Sequence record: NC_019538.1 | Strand: one strand, 5' to 3' | DNA: 64,000 nt | Part shown: positions 10,190 through 19,653 of the stretch, piece by piece | Layout of the letters: each line of letters begins with the position of its first letter | Numbering within the stretch: position 1 is the stretch's first letter | Made by a program: the position numbers and the translations under genes | The notes under the pieces: generated by a model | What the model was told of the DNA's origin: nothing | What the model saw: only the letters and a program-made list of their open reading frames with translations | The model's database searches: none

Positions 10190-10951
10190 TTACTTCATCA
10201 ACGTTTCGTCCATAAAAGCAAAATCATATCCAAGAAGGAAAGATGTATTCCTGTTTTGGCTCATTACGGTATTACCGGTTGGATATCCAACACGGTCAGA
10301 AATAGCTTGGTAGTAATACCAGTTCTGCCCACCGTCGTTAGTTACCTTACAGTAGTTTTGATATTTTTCAAATGCATATACAACACGGCGATTCGCACCA
10401 AGGTAAACACTATTAATATCCCGACAAATTTTTGATACAGAACCCAAAATCTCATGATATTCGTCGTCGCTAGTAACAAAGTTTTCTATATTTGTGACGT
10501 TCGAGATGCTAGGGTCATATATAAAGTTTTCATTCATCAAACTAGCCTGAATTACATCACTATTGAGGTTGATATAATCCATCTTGTTTTTATGCAACTT
10601 CATATCAATAAACTTAAACGACGGAATGAATTTCTCCATGGTAGATATTTGATATGCGTTTGTTGTGAATGATTCGATTACATCACTAACAACCCAATCA
10701 GACGGCTCCAAACCGGGATGAGTTGTAGATATTCTAAATTTATATTTTGTATCTGGGATGAGAGATGAACTGAAAAATTCGGGGGAATATTCCACCCCCA
10801 ATTGTGTCCAACTATCTACCCCAGTACCTGAAACGATGGTGTATTCGACAATATAAAAATAGTTCGAACCTACATCATCCCATTTTAGGTGAACGAAGTT
10901 CGCGCCGAGCATGGCGACGCGAAGACTTGTTATTGTTGGAGCTTTTATCAT
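10190..10951 (-). CDS. gp7: baseplate wedge initiator gp7, N-terminal segment
   Basis: MIKAPTITSLRVAMLGANFVHLKWDDVGSNYFY is the gp7 N-terminus; similarity ends at LGYDFAF. Confidence 0.9.
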   Translation of the reverse strand: MIKAPTITSLRVAMLGANFVHLKWDDVGSNYFYIVEYTIVSGTGVDSWTQLGVEYSPEFFSSSLIPDTKYKFRISTTHPGLEPSDWVVSDVIESFTTNAYQISTMEKFIPSFKFIDMKLHKNKMDYINLNSDVIQASLMNENFIYDPSISNVTNIENFVTSDDEYHEILGSVSKICRDINSVYLGANRRVVYAFEKYQNYCKVTNDGGQNWYYYQAISDRVGYPTGNTVMSQNRNTSFLLGYDFAFMDETLMK

Positions 10952-10953
10952 TT

Positions 10954-12909
10954 TTAAATTACCACCGAGTTCATTTCAATTGTTGTGTATTGAGGACGTA
11001 GGTTATTCTCAAAAACGATCAATGTGCCATCCGACGGGAATATATTAAGTGAAGTTGGTTCACTATGTAATTCAATATATGCCGCAATAAACTGATCTGG
11101 GTCTTTATTGAGAACACCAAGGTCAAATGTGATTTGGTCTATTTCATAATTTATAGACCCAACTACATAGTATTTACTGCGCCCATCAATTACTTTCCTG
11201 TCAAAGTCGCTTCCGGTATATTCTTGAACACCGGATATATGACCAGCAGCAAAGGGTCCAACCAACATCAATCCAGTATTTACACTGTGTACACCAGACG
11301 GATCAGGAATATCGTTCTTCTTAGTACCAACATAATGAACATCATAACTTGTTGTTGTGTTATGGATATATTTTATTTCGGTGCTATAGATAGAACCTTC
11401 AACTAGGTCGTTATTGTACTGGATACCATTCATAGGACTAACTAGATAGTTGTCGATTTCTCGAACAAGTCCAATTTTTGTTTCCGTACCAAGAATAGAC
11501 ACATCAGTATTATCAATACGACTGTTCATTTTTGATGTATAGAAACCAGCATTGAAGATTTCAACCTCTTCCGTATAATAACGGTCTATGGAATTCAAGA
11601 TCTGACCTTGTAACCATTCTTCGGTTTGTGGGAGCTGGTTTATTGCGTAGGTAACCTTGGCATTGGTTTTCACATACATATAATTTGGACTATGAACAAC
11701 CGGTGTGATCGTACTAACGTTAAACGGTCTCAGATAGTTTTGGATGTCTTCTTTCTGAACAGTAGTCAGATATAAACCATCTTGAGGCTTTATCGCAATG
11801 AATGCATAACCCGGCTTTTCCGGGTTGGTATAACACTGGATAGCCTGAACAATGTTACCGAACCGACTGGATATGAAAGTTTCGTAATCGGAAGCAGTAA
11901 CACAACGACGCTGTGTCTCTCTCATTACCGGGCCTAGTGAACGAATACGTTCTATATCCTCAACTTCACCACCACCAATAGATCCAACATAATTCACATC
12001 GTTGATTCCGTCAGGATGAGTTGGGTTTTCTCTGATCTCTTCAACAACCAAGTTAGGAATTGTATCAACATAATCAAAACCACGAGAACCGTTAGCGGCG
12101 GTTCCTTTGGTGCTTATGTATTCCAAAACGATGGTATCACCTACAGAAGGCTTTAAACCACCAACGTAGTTACTGCGGAGCATACCGTTAGTATCAACGG
12201 TAGAGTCGCCTTCCCCGAAATATATTTCAGTGAAGCTATCAATTGTTTCTCGTTGATAAAAAACAGTCGAAGTACCACCAACACGAACAATCGGTTTATT
12301 AGACCAGTCTTCCCATTTAGCCCCGTTCACATAAACGTTAACATATCTACGGTCAATATTTGGATCCTGAATTACAATAGTTCCATCCTGACCAAACGTC
12401 ATTTGGTTTCTGATAATTCTACCCTGAACTAAGTTAAGATCGGTAATGTATCGTTTATCTATACCACGTATTACCTCAACATCTTCCCAAGTGACATAAT
12501 CATAAAATTCAACTTCTTCAATAGAAGCGGTAAATTTAGTACCCTTCGGAATTGTAATAGAACGAGGACTACTATCAATCGGGCTATAATACGCTTGGAT
12601 CTGTATCATATTAGTACTAGCACTCATACCCCAAGGCATATACCCATTGTCTTGTGCGTGTTGAACCACAGAAGAACGAAGGCGGGCTGTTTGGTTATAC
12701 CCTTCAAATAAAGCCCCGTTTGCAAATTGCTGATGATACAGCATAGCATAAGCCATCGATTCAATTAGAACAGTCAATCTTGACCCTTCAAAATCATAAT
12801 CTTTAAATTCATATTGGTTTTTAAAGAAATCCCGCAATCTGGTTTTGAAACCTTCAAAGGTACTCTCTTTGAATACGTTGGGGATTTCAACTGAGTTAAT
12901 ATTAGCCAT
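10954..12909 (-). CDS. gp6: baseplate wedge subunit gp6
   Basis: DYDFEGSRLTVL, TARLRSSVVQHAQDNGY and QRRCVTASDY motifs; 651 aa. Confidence 0.95.
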   Translation of the reverse strand: MANINSVEIPNVFKESTFEGFKTRLRDFFKNQYEFKDYDFEGSRLTVLIESMAYAMLYHQQFANGALFEGYNQTARLRSSVVQHAQDNGYMPWGMSASTNMIQIQAYYSPIDSSPRSITIPKGTKFTASIEEVEFYDYVTWEDVEVIRGIDKRYITDLNLVQGRIIRNQMTFGQDGTIVIQDPNIDRRYVNVYVNGAKWEDWSNKPIVRVGGTSTVFYQRETIDSFTEIYFGEGDSTVDTNGMLRSNYVGGLKPSVGDTIVLEYISTKGTAANGSRGFDYVDTIPNLVVEEIRENPTHPDGINDVNYVGSIGGGEVEDIERIRSLGPVMRETQRRCVTASDYETFISSRFGNIVQAIQCYTNPEKPGYAFIAIKPQDGLYLTTVQKEDIQNYLRPFNVSTITPVVHSPNYMYVKTNAKVTYAINQLPQTEEWLQGQILNSIDRYYTEEVEIFNAGFYTSKMNSRIDNTDVSILGTETKIGLVREIDNYLVSPMNGIQYNNDLVEGSIYSTEIKYIHNTTTSYDVHYVGTKKNDIPDPSGVHSVNTGLMLVGPFAAGHISGVQEYTGSDFDRKVIDGRSKYYVVGSINYEIDQITFDLGVLNKDPDQFIAAYIELHSEPTSLNIFPSDGTLIVFENNLRPQYTTIEMNSVVI

Positions 12910-13342
12910 TTGATAGTTCCATTTTTAGTTCAACAACAGTTGATAAATTTGTGATAAGAGAATAATAAATAGAAACTATATATTCGTTTCTGTCGTATAA
13001 AGGAACGACTTGTACCTGCCTCAATTTTACACGAGGTTCATAGTTTCTTATTGCATCATATATACTTCGTTCAACTGCACTAGTTGACGCATCATTCATT
13101 AATTCAAATAGTTCCGCACTGATATCACAGCCAAAATCAGGATCAAACGGTTTTTCTCGCTTCCTAGTTGCTATAATACCAGCCATTGACAATTGCACCG
13201 CACCGATATTCTGTGTCATAAGAACATCGTTTGTCTTTATATCACGACGAAAATTAGGGTCTATATCTGTATAATAGACAGTCTTCTCGTTGGTGATAAT
13301 TTTTAATCTGTTTCCAAAAAATCCAGCCATAATAAACCTCAA
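12902..13342 (-). CDS. gp25: baseplate wedge subunit gp25
   Basis: YYTDIDPNF...GEKPFDPDFGC-like...IRNYEPRVKL gp25/TssE-family motifs. Confidence 0.92.
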   Translation of the reverse strand: MRFIMAGFFGNRLKIITNEKTVYYTDIDPNFRRDIKTNDVLMTQNIGAVQLSMAGIIATRKREKPFDPDFGCDISAELFELMNDASTSAVERSIYDAIRNYEPRVKLRQVQVVPLYDRNEYIVSIYYSLITNLSTVVELKMELSNG

Positions 13343-13641
13343 ACAACAAATACATTAGATGAACATTCCACAATAACTTCCCCTTCTGTACAAAGATCTG
13401 CTAATTGTGCAACCCGTTTCCCCTCGATGAATACTTTCGCACTACTGGCGATAACAAGCCCAGACTTCGGACTCGGATCATCACCGGGTTTTATGTGAGT
13501 AACCACCCTATCATCTTCTCTAACTAGAATTTGTTTTCCGTTAGCAAATACCGTGGTTGTGGTTCCAATAACCTGACTTGGTAACCAAGGCCCCGGTCCA
13601 ACAGTTTTTGCTCCATTTAATACTAAACCTGCCATTTTCAT
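13339..13641 (-). CDS. gp5.4: PAAR-like spike tip protein
   Basis: 100 aa; VFANGK, VFIEGKRVAQLAD and SSNVFV are PAAR-family repeats; position after 5.1. Confidence 0.85.
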   Translation of the reverse strand: MKMAGLVLNGAKTVGPGPWLPSQVIGTTTTVFANGKQILVREDDRVVTHIKPGDDPSPKSGLVIASSAKVFIEGKRVAQLADLCTEGEVIVECSSNVFVV

Positions 13642-14150
13642 ATCCCCAATTTTGGAAAAGGCCCAGATGAAGATACATACGCCCTAAATTTTGCAACCCA
13701 ACCATCAAAAGAACCTATGATAGTCATATTTATAGAATCACTAACTGTTTTTCTAACTGGTAGTACAGGATCTGTAATATCGTCATAAACCAACGTCTGT
13801 GTATAAGCAACAACCTTTTTTAATTCGCTTGGTGGATTAAATGCTACGAGGTCACAAGTAGTTGGTTCTGGTAAAGAAGCGAACGAATTTGTTTGTGATA
13901 TATGTAGAGATGTTCTATCTCTATACTTTAGAACCAAATCTACTTTTCCATCAAAATAGTCATTGACTTTCCCATGTAACCTGTTACCATCAAGAAAAAT
14001 CCCGTCTGGTGCTAGGTCTTCTGACGGAACTACCGCAAAACTCACAAGTTGTTCAGATGCGGTTAGTGTATAGCTAAACAAGCTATCCACGGAAGTTTCC
14101 CCATCAAAAATGGTTGATTTCCAGTTGGTAGGTGTGTTAATTTGCGCCAT
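13638..14150 (-). CDS. gp5.1: gp5.1-like conserved baseplate-region protein
   Basis: Start MAQINT at 14150 has a GGAGG RBS; C-terminal PVRKTVSDSINMTIIGSFDGWVAKFRAYV resembles T4 5.1. Confidence 0.8.
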   Translation of the reverse strand: MAQINTPTNWKSTIFDGETSVDSLFSYTLTASEQLVSFAVVPSEDLAPDGIFLDGNRLHGKVNDYFDGKVDLVLKYRDRTSLHISQTNSFASLPEPTTCDLVAFNPPSELKKVVAYTQTLVYDDITDPVLPVRKTVSDSINMTIIGSFDGWVAKFRAYVSSSGPFPKLGI

Positions 14151-14172
14151 ATAAAAATCCTCCATTATGGAG

Positions 14173-14179
14173 TATTTAG
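14173..14179 (-). promoter_or_regulatory. late promoter CTAAATA re-starting the wedge operon at gp5.1
   Basis: Motif just upstream of the 5.1 RBS. Confidence 0.7.
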
Positions 14180-14208
14180 GGTTGTTCATATAAAATAGAG
14201 GGTATAGT

Positions 14209-14577
14209 ATGCTAATGTGCAATAAATTCAAATTCAAAAACGAAGAAGCAATGGAAAAATTTATACGGCTTGGAAAAAAAGATGACAACGAAGAAAACAA
14301 TCGTATCATAGCGGAAACACTCGGTATGGATATCTTTTTTGTCGATGAAAAACAGGCAGATGAAATCTATAAAATAGAAGGATATGAAAATCTAAATGAA
14401 TTCAGCCCAATCTTTACTTCGAAAGAGATGAAAGAATGCCTTATGATAGCCGAATCAGATGATGAGGAATCGTATGAACCTCCGAAGGTAAACAAAACCA
14501 AAAATGATTTATTGGTTTTGCGTAAAGAACTGATGAAGCAAGTACATCGAATTGATGAAATGTTGGAATCTCTATAA
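14209..14577 (+). CDS. hypothetical protein (FKFK..F N-terminal family), inserted opposite to the structural genes
   Basis: 122-aa ORF with a GAGGG RBS. Confidence 0.75.
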   Translation: MLMCNKFKFKNEEAMEKFIRLGKKDDNEENNRIIAETLGMDIFFVDEKQADEIYKIEGYENLNEFSPIFTSKEMKECLMIAESDDEESYEPPKVNKTKNDLLVLRKELMKQVHRIDEMLESL

Positions 14578-14589
14578 GGGGAAATAAAT

Positions 14590-14865
14590 ATGAAACTAAT
14601 TTATGTAGGAACTAATTTTGCTGGTTTTAAAGAAAATCAGGTTCATAATTTTCGAGTTCGTCGAGAACTAAAAAACTTTATCGAAAAGAACTTTGATAAA
14701 GTGGAAGATGAAGAACTTCTGATGGAAGTAAAGATGAAAGAAACCATTTATTGGGATTTCTGTCCATATGAACTTGATGTAGGTAGTGGCACTCTATCTT
14801 TTGTGTGGGGACTTGAAAAAGAAGCACTCCAAGAATATATCAAACAAAGCGCCGACGACATCTAA
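14590..14865 (+). CDS. hypothetical protein
   Basis: 91-aa ORF, AAGGG RBS, followed by a terminator. Confidence 0.75.
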   Translation: MKLIYVGTNFAGFKENQVHNFRVRRELKNFIEKNFDKVEDEELLMEVKMKETIYWDFCPYELDVGSGTLSFVWGLEKEALQEYIKQSADDI

Positions 14866-14868
14866 AAC

Positions 14869-14897
14869 AAAAGGGATCCCGATGTGGGATCCCTTTT
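14869..14897. terminator. bidirectional terminator between convergent genes
   Basis: AAAAGGGATCCC-GATGT-GGGATCCCTTTT. Confidence 0.85.
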
Positions 14898-14899
14898 CG

Positions 14900-16738
14900 T
14901 TAGTTAATACTAACAGTAGAACCACTAATCTCGGTCGTACCTTGAGAGGTAATAAGAGATTGAGCAGCTTGCGATTTATAGCTACCAGATACAGTTACTG
15001 TATAATCACCCAAAACGTTAAGATTCATATCACCCTCAACATTCTGATTGCAGTTACCTTGAACTGTTGCAGTTAGATTCCCTTCTATGTCACTAACAAC
15101 ATCACCGCCTACAGATAGGGTCACATCGGCGTCTATACGCGATTCTAAGCCACCGTTAACAGTTTGCTTAACGTTCCCCTTCACCGACTGTTCAACGTTG
15201 CCATAGACCGATTCAGACACATTTCCTTTGACAACCTGAGTCAAGTTTCCATCAACTTGCTGGGTACAGTTTCCCATAACGTATACGGTCGCGTTACCTT
15301 CAACAACTACCTGATAATCACCCTTTACGTTGATCATCCTGTTTGCCATATCGATAACATAGTCGTCACCCATAACTTTGTTTACTTGACGACCACCACC
15401 AGAGATCTCAATATAGGTTCCTGATGTATGTTTCAGGTTATATCGTTCTTTCCCCGGAGTATCGTCAAATTCCTGAATGTGACCACTCTCCGATTCATAT
15501 ACATGGTTATATGGGTATTCAGCAGCATATGCGCTTGGTGGTTCTTCGAAAAGAAGACCATCGGTGCGAGGCGGTGGCGGAACGGACGGATCATCTGGGT
15601 CGATTTCATCAGCAAAAACAACCGGAGAGGACAATGCCATAATAGAACGCTTCATTCTTCCTGATATTGGGGGAATGGGTGGTTCCTCTGGTTTTGGTTT
15701 GACACCGTAAGACTCTAGGTTTCCGGTTAAAATAATCTTGGCGACACGATTCGCTCTCCCCGGAGTTTGTCTAGCCCAAAGAGAGTCAAGCATACCATTA
15801 TATGCATCCCGCCAACGTTCTTCATACATAGCGTTTAGCGTATTTTTGAATTTTGCTAATCCGCCAGCTCCCATCTGAAACGCCATATTTTCTAAAGCCA
15901 TTTGACGACTTCTATTTTCCTTGACGTAGACACGACGTATATTTTCGAATCTCATCATATCGGCACGAGTCTTTTGAATGTCCTCGTTAAACAGCTTTGT
16001 AACGTCTTCTGGGGAGATTACACCACCTTGCACAGGATGACCTAACTGTTGAGTTAGAATCGCATCTATACGGGCTACGTTTCGTGTATTCTCATGTATG
16101 ATTAAATGACCAATACCTATGGTTGGATATCCAAGGGAATCAAGATACCATTTGTTCCTAACCCCTTCATCACCCTTCAACATTTTTTCAATTGTGAAAT
16201 CCGGATCATCATCTGCGATTGCATCTTCAAATGATTTGTCATCAGGGGCTAATGCACCAGAAGTATTTTCATCCTGAGTATAAACCGATAACGGCTTCCC
16301 ATCAATAGAAACTGGTGCCGTTCCATGGATTCCATCCCCTTTTTGTCCACCACCGGCTAATATATTAACGTCATTACCAATATAACGAGGATATTGACCG
16401 GTTGGGTCACAGAAACCCCGCAGAGTATTTGGTTTCTGGACATAGGATCCGGGTATAGAAAAAAGTATTAAACCATCCTGTTTAAACTCATCCTTGAAAA
16501 CCCCCATAACCCATACACCCTCTACTAGGTTTGTTGGGCTATTTCCTACACCAGATATAGAGGCTGAATCCGTTGATGTGGCACAACGCATCCAAAGAAG
16601 TTCATCAGTAGGTATACCAATTAAATCATCTTTTGATTTTTGATCTGTGTGGTATCCCATCACACGAACTCTATATCTCCCTTGACTAAGAGGATCAAAC
16701 CGATCCTCTACAACTCCAAAAAAGAATTCAAATTTCAT
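14900..16738 (-). CDS. gp5: baseplate hub needle / tail lysozyme gp5
   Basis: OB-fold (FFGVVEDRFDPLSQGRYRVRV), T4 lysozyme domain (DEGVRNKWYLDSLGYPTIGIGH), C-terminal VxGxxxxx beta-helix repeats. Confidence 0.97.
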   Translation of the reverse strand: MKFEFFFGVVEDRFDPLSQGRYRVRVMGYHTDQKSKDDLIGIPTDELLWMRCATSTDSASISGVGNSPTNLVEGVWVMGVFKDEFKQDGLILFSIPGSYVQKPNTLRGFCDPTGQYPRYIGNDVNILAGGGQKGDGIHGTAPVSIDGKPLSVYTQDENTSGALAPDDKSFEDAIADDDPDFTIEKMLKGDEGVRNKWYLDSLGYPTIGIGHLIIHENTRNVARIDAILTQQLGHPVQGGVISPEDVTKLFNEDIQKTRADMMRFENIRRVYVKENRSRQMALENMAFQMGAGGLAKFKNTLNAMYEERWRDAYNGMLDSLWARQTPGRANRVAKIILTGNLESYGVKPKPEEPPIPPISGRMKRSIMALSSPVVFADEIDPDDPSVPPPPRTDGLLFEEPPSAYAAEYPYNHVYESESGHIQEFDDTPGKERYNLKHTSGTYIEISGGGRQVNKVMGDDYVIDMANRMINVKGDYQVVVEGNATVYVMGNCTQQVDGNLTQVVKGNVSESVYGNVEQSVKGNVKQTVNGGLESRIDADVTLSVGGDVVSDIEGNLTATVQGNCNQNVEGDMNLNVLGDYTVTVSGSYKSQAAQSLITSQGTTEISGSTVSIN

Positions 16739-17973
16739 TGTATATCCTTCCCTCTAGTATCGGAATCAGATATCAATTCTAAGTTCATGATATAAGAGCC
16801 CTGTGTACAGACATGATTTATTGAGTTGATAAGCCAGCGTCCTGCATCTTTTGATGTCATTTCACCATTCATATCACCCGCAATAATATTTACCACTTGA
16901 CCACAACTCAGGTCCGAATTACCGGCAACTTGGATAAGCATTCTTTTTGCGTTTAGTGATGTTCGGTTTGTTGCTCTTATACCAAGAGAGTTACCATTAG
17001 AACCCATATTGATATACTTATACATCTGATCTTCTGTTGTGAAATAAACACAAGCATTTCTTTCTGGTTTTATATCACCACCAAACCATGGCTCTGGGTT
17101 TAGTGTTGGATATACATCTTTTACAGACGTATAATCCTGATAACTATTTGTATAAAGCTTTTTATCCAAAGACATCGAATGAACGTTAACGCCAAGACCA
17201 CCATTCCTATATTGTTCTGGTATGTTGTATCCCTTAACACGCTGCATCTTGATTATCTTGTTATACATTGTCGTGTCGTGGGTTGCTTCAAATATCAGAT
17301 CGACTACAGGGTCTCCAACCATCATTGATGTACCAGTTCTGAATTTGGCTCCATCTACATCCTCATAAAAATAGAAATTACTATCACCCTTTGAATTAAC
17401 ATCTGATGATTGTGCAGAAGAAGCCAAGAAATTAATAACTGATATCGGTGTTAAATTTGGAATTACAATATCCCGGTTATAAAGCGTTGGTTCAACAAAT
17501 ATAGTTTCATCAGTGAATCCAATCACCCGGAGCATATCAGAAACTATTGCATGAATGGATGTCCCTTTATAGCTTTTACTGATCCGACTGTATTCATTCT
17601 TATGGTCTTGTTCGGATACAAGATGAAGCCTTACAAACTTTTGGGTTTGTGTATTTGGGTTTGTAATATCTTCATAACGAGTAACCTTGAATATTTTAGA
17701 ATACGTTTTTGCATCAGTTCCGTTTAAATGGACAGACCTAAAACTTATTTGTACCTTCTCATCACCTCTTGGATTAATTGAGTTTATTAAATTCATGAAA
17801 TCAACAAATTCAAGGGTGCCTTTCAGCAACCCTTGACTAATCCCTTCATATATGGAGAAGGATTTGAATATATCAGTTATATCAAACCCTTCACTATCCA
17901 AGCTTTGAAAGAAAACAATACGCTCAATGGTAAAGTTTTCATACGCCGCCGTACTGCGTCTACTTATTCCCAC
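16735..17973 (-). CDS. gp27: baseplate hub protein gp27-like
   Basis: 412 aa, FYFYEDVDG, IQVAGNSDLSCG and GRWLINSINH hub-family motifs; between gp53 and gp5. Confidence 0.75.
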   Translation of the reverse strand: MGISRRSTAAYENFTIERIVFFQSLDSEGFDITDIFKSFSIYEGISQGLLKGTLEFVDFMNLINSINPRGDEKVQISFRSVHLNGTDAKTYSKIFKVTRYEDITNPNTQTQKFVRLHLVSEQDHKNEYSRISKSYKGTSIHAIVSDMLRVIGFTDETIFVEPTLYNRDIVIPNLTPISVINFLASSAQSSDVNSKGDSNFYFYEDVDGAKFRTGTSMMVGDPVVDLIFEATHDTTMYNKIIKMQRVKGYNIPEQYRNGGLGVNVHSMSLDKKLYTNSYQDYTSVKDVYPTLNPEPWFGGDIKPERNACVYFTTEDQMYKYINMGSNGNSLGIRATNRTSLNAKRMLIQVAGNSDLSCGQVVNIIAGDMNGEMTSKDAGRWLINSINHVCTQGSYIMNLELISDSDTRGKDIQ

Positions 17974-18526
17974 GGATACGCTCCATTAATCTTGTATATT
18001 CATCCATAAACCTACCCAGATCAGACGGATTTAAAACGTTTATGGTTCTCTTGGATTCGTTGGTTGCTAATTCATGTTCTATAGCAGTAACAGGGACTAA
18101 AGTCCCGGTATGCTGTTTATATAGATGAGCGGTATCCCCTTCATCATACCAAACACCAGAACCAACAGGATATTCTTTCATACGAAAATACATCTCACCA
18201 TTTTCATCAATATGATATAAAACAGTTCCCTCTTTTGCTGGAAGGTTTTTATATTTTTGTGCTGTATATTGATGAACTATTTCTTCCTCACATATCCAAT
18301 CATAAAAAGGATCGTATACTTGGTTAAGAAATAGTAGGATCCAATAATATTTCGTATCCCCATATAAATCATAGGAAACAACTTCTGGTCTGGGAGAACC
18401 AGATACGATATATTTTCTTACAATGAATTTGCTCAAAATATCATCAAAATAGTTACCATGTGGACGAAATATATCAGCAGTTGGTGCCCCATTATATTTT
18501 ATAGGGGGGAAATAGTTAAATAACAT
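17960..18526 (-). CDS. gp53: baseplate wedge subunit gp53
   Basis: MLFNYFPPIKY...RPEVVSYDLYGDTKYYWILLFLN LysM-like gp53 motif. Confidence 0.93.
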   Translation of the reverse strand: MLFNYFPPIKYNGAPTADIFRPHGNYFDDILSKFIVRKYIVSGSPRPEVVSYDLYGDTKYYWILLFLNQVYDPFYDWICEEEIVHQYTAQKYKNLPAKEGTVLYHIDENGEMYFRMKEYPVGSGVWYDEGDTAHLYKQHTGTLVPVTAIEHELATNESKRTINVLNPSDLGRFMDEYTRLMERIRGNK

Positions 18527-19584
18527 TATCTCTTACCTCCATACGATCCGAAGAAGAATTCACCAGAATCGGGATTACCCAAATCTGATGTAAGAGCTTC
18601 CCAGTAATCGCGATAAACCGGACGAAGTTCTGTAACAGTGATTTCTAGATCTATTGCAACAGAATCAGCAGCCGTTGACGCGAATGTATCATATATTTGG
18701 TCTGGGGTTTTGTTGATCCGGATATTACTAATACCGGCTGGACCCATTGCAAATTTAGGTGTAAATCTAATCTTCTGTTCTTGACTTTGACTTACCCTTT
18801 CCTCGATAAACCATAGAGGGGGAACTTCTAGATAAGTATACCCTTCCCCAGCTCCGAGTTCTGAATCCGTACCAATTCCAAGAGAAGCAAGATCTACAGC
18901 CCCTTTGTTTTCAGCAGCACTAAGAACCATAAAAGTTTTGATTATTTGCCCAACCTCTTTTAATTCTGCCATAGATCTTGGTCGGAATTGAAATATAAAT
19001 GTTTGGGAACGTACACCAGTACCACGATACATTTGAGCGGCTCGGTCACCAAGCAAATTACCAGTCACCTGAGAATTATATCGTTGTGCAATACCACCAG
19101 TAGAGACAATGACCTTTTGAGCCATTGCGTTTACAACGGCTTTGCCGCCGTTTGCAATACTATCCAATGTACCATCTCTTTCTGATGCGTTAGCTTGATA
19201 GTTCATAACTATATCTTGAAGGAATCCACCATCATTATCTTCATAATTATGACTAATGTTTTCGTTCATGTTTGGCATATATAACTGAATAACTGCTAGG
19301 GTTTCTTCGTTGAATTTACCCTTAACAGACCTCATAGAACGTTCGTGGATATCACTATTTTTAAGCCCCCCATTTGTTGGTTTTACGGCATAGAAAACTA
19401 GATAAGAAGAGTGTTTGTTGTCACTACCCTTCATGGTTAATGGGTACTGCAAAGCCTTTATACCGGGTTTCTTAGAGTTTTTATTTTCTATAATAAGATC
19501 TGTTCCCTCTGACTTAGTGTCAGTGAGTGGGTTGAAACTACCACCGGTAGCTCGGTTAACCCCATTGAGAATATTAACTTTCAT
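18526..19584 (-). CDS. gp48: baseplate tail tube cap gp48
   Basis: MYRGTGVRSQTFIFQFRPRSMAE and GPAGISNIRINKTPD match gp48. Confidence 0.88.
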   Translation of the reverse strand: MKVNILNGVNRATGGSFNPLTDTKSEGTDLIIENKNSKKPGIKALQYPLTMKGSDNKHSSYLVFYAVKPTNGGLKNSDIHERSMRSVKGKFNEETLAVIQLYMPNMNENISHNYEDNDGGFLQDIVMNYQANASERDGTLDSIANGGKAVVNAMAQKVIVSTGGIAQRYNSQVTGNLLGDRAAQMYRGTGVRSQTFIFQFRPRSMAELKEVGQIIKTFMVLSAAENKGAVDLASLGIGTDSELGAGEGYTYLEVPPLWFIEERVSQSQEQKIRFTPKFAMGPAGISNIRINKTPDQIYDTFASTAADSVAIDLEITVTELRPVYRDYWEALTSDLGNPDSGEFFFGSYGGKR

Positions 19585-19609
19585 TTTTAAACCTCATGTT
19601 GTTTACTTG

Positions 19610-19632
19610 TATTTAGGGGCAAACCCTAAATA
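19610..19632. promoter_or_regulatory. back-to-back divergent late promoters (CTAAATA minus 19610-19616, plus 19626-19632)
   Basis: TATTTAGGG-GCAAA-CCCTAAATA palindrome between divergent g48 and g4. Confidence 0.75.
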
Positions 19633-19653
19633 AAACAAATAGGAGAATTTATT

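Noticed and set aside
10190-10951. gp7 N-terminal ORF as a separate gene
   Set aside because: Similarity to gp7 continues seamlessly across a 1-nt shift; treated as one frameshifted gene.
1692-12000. Many plus-strand ORFs antisense to baseplate genes (e.g. 1756-2415, 3340-4122, 8655-9122, 9549-10025)
   Set aside because: Shadow frames of well-supported minus-strand genes, with no RBS or recognisable motifs.
14950-15420. VxGxxxxx repeats at the gp5 C-terminus
   Set aside because: Standard gp5 triple beta-helix; not novel.
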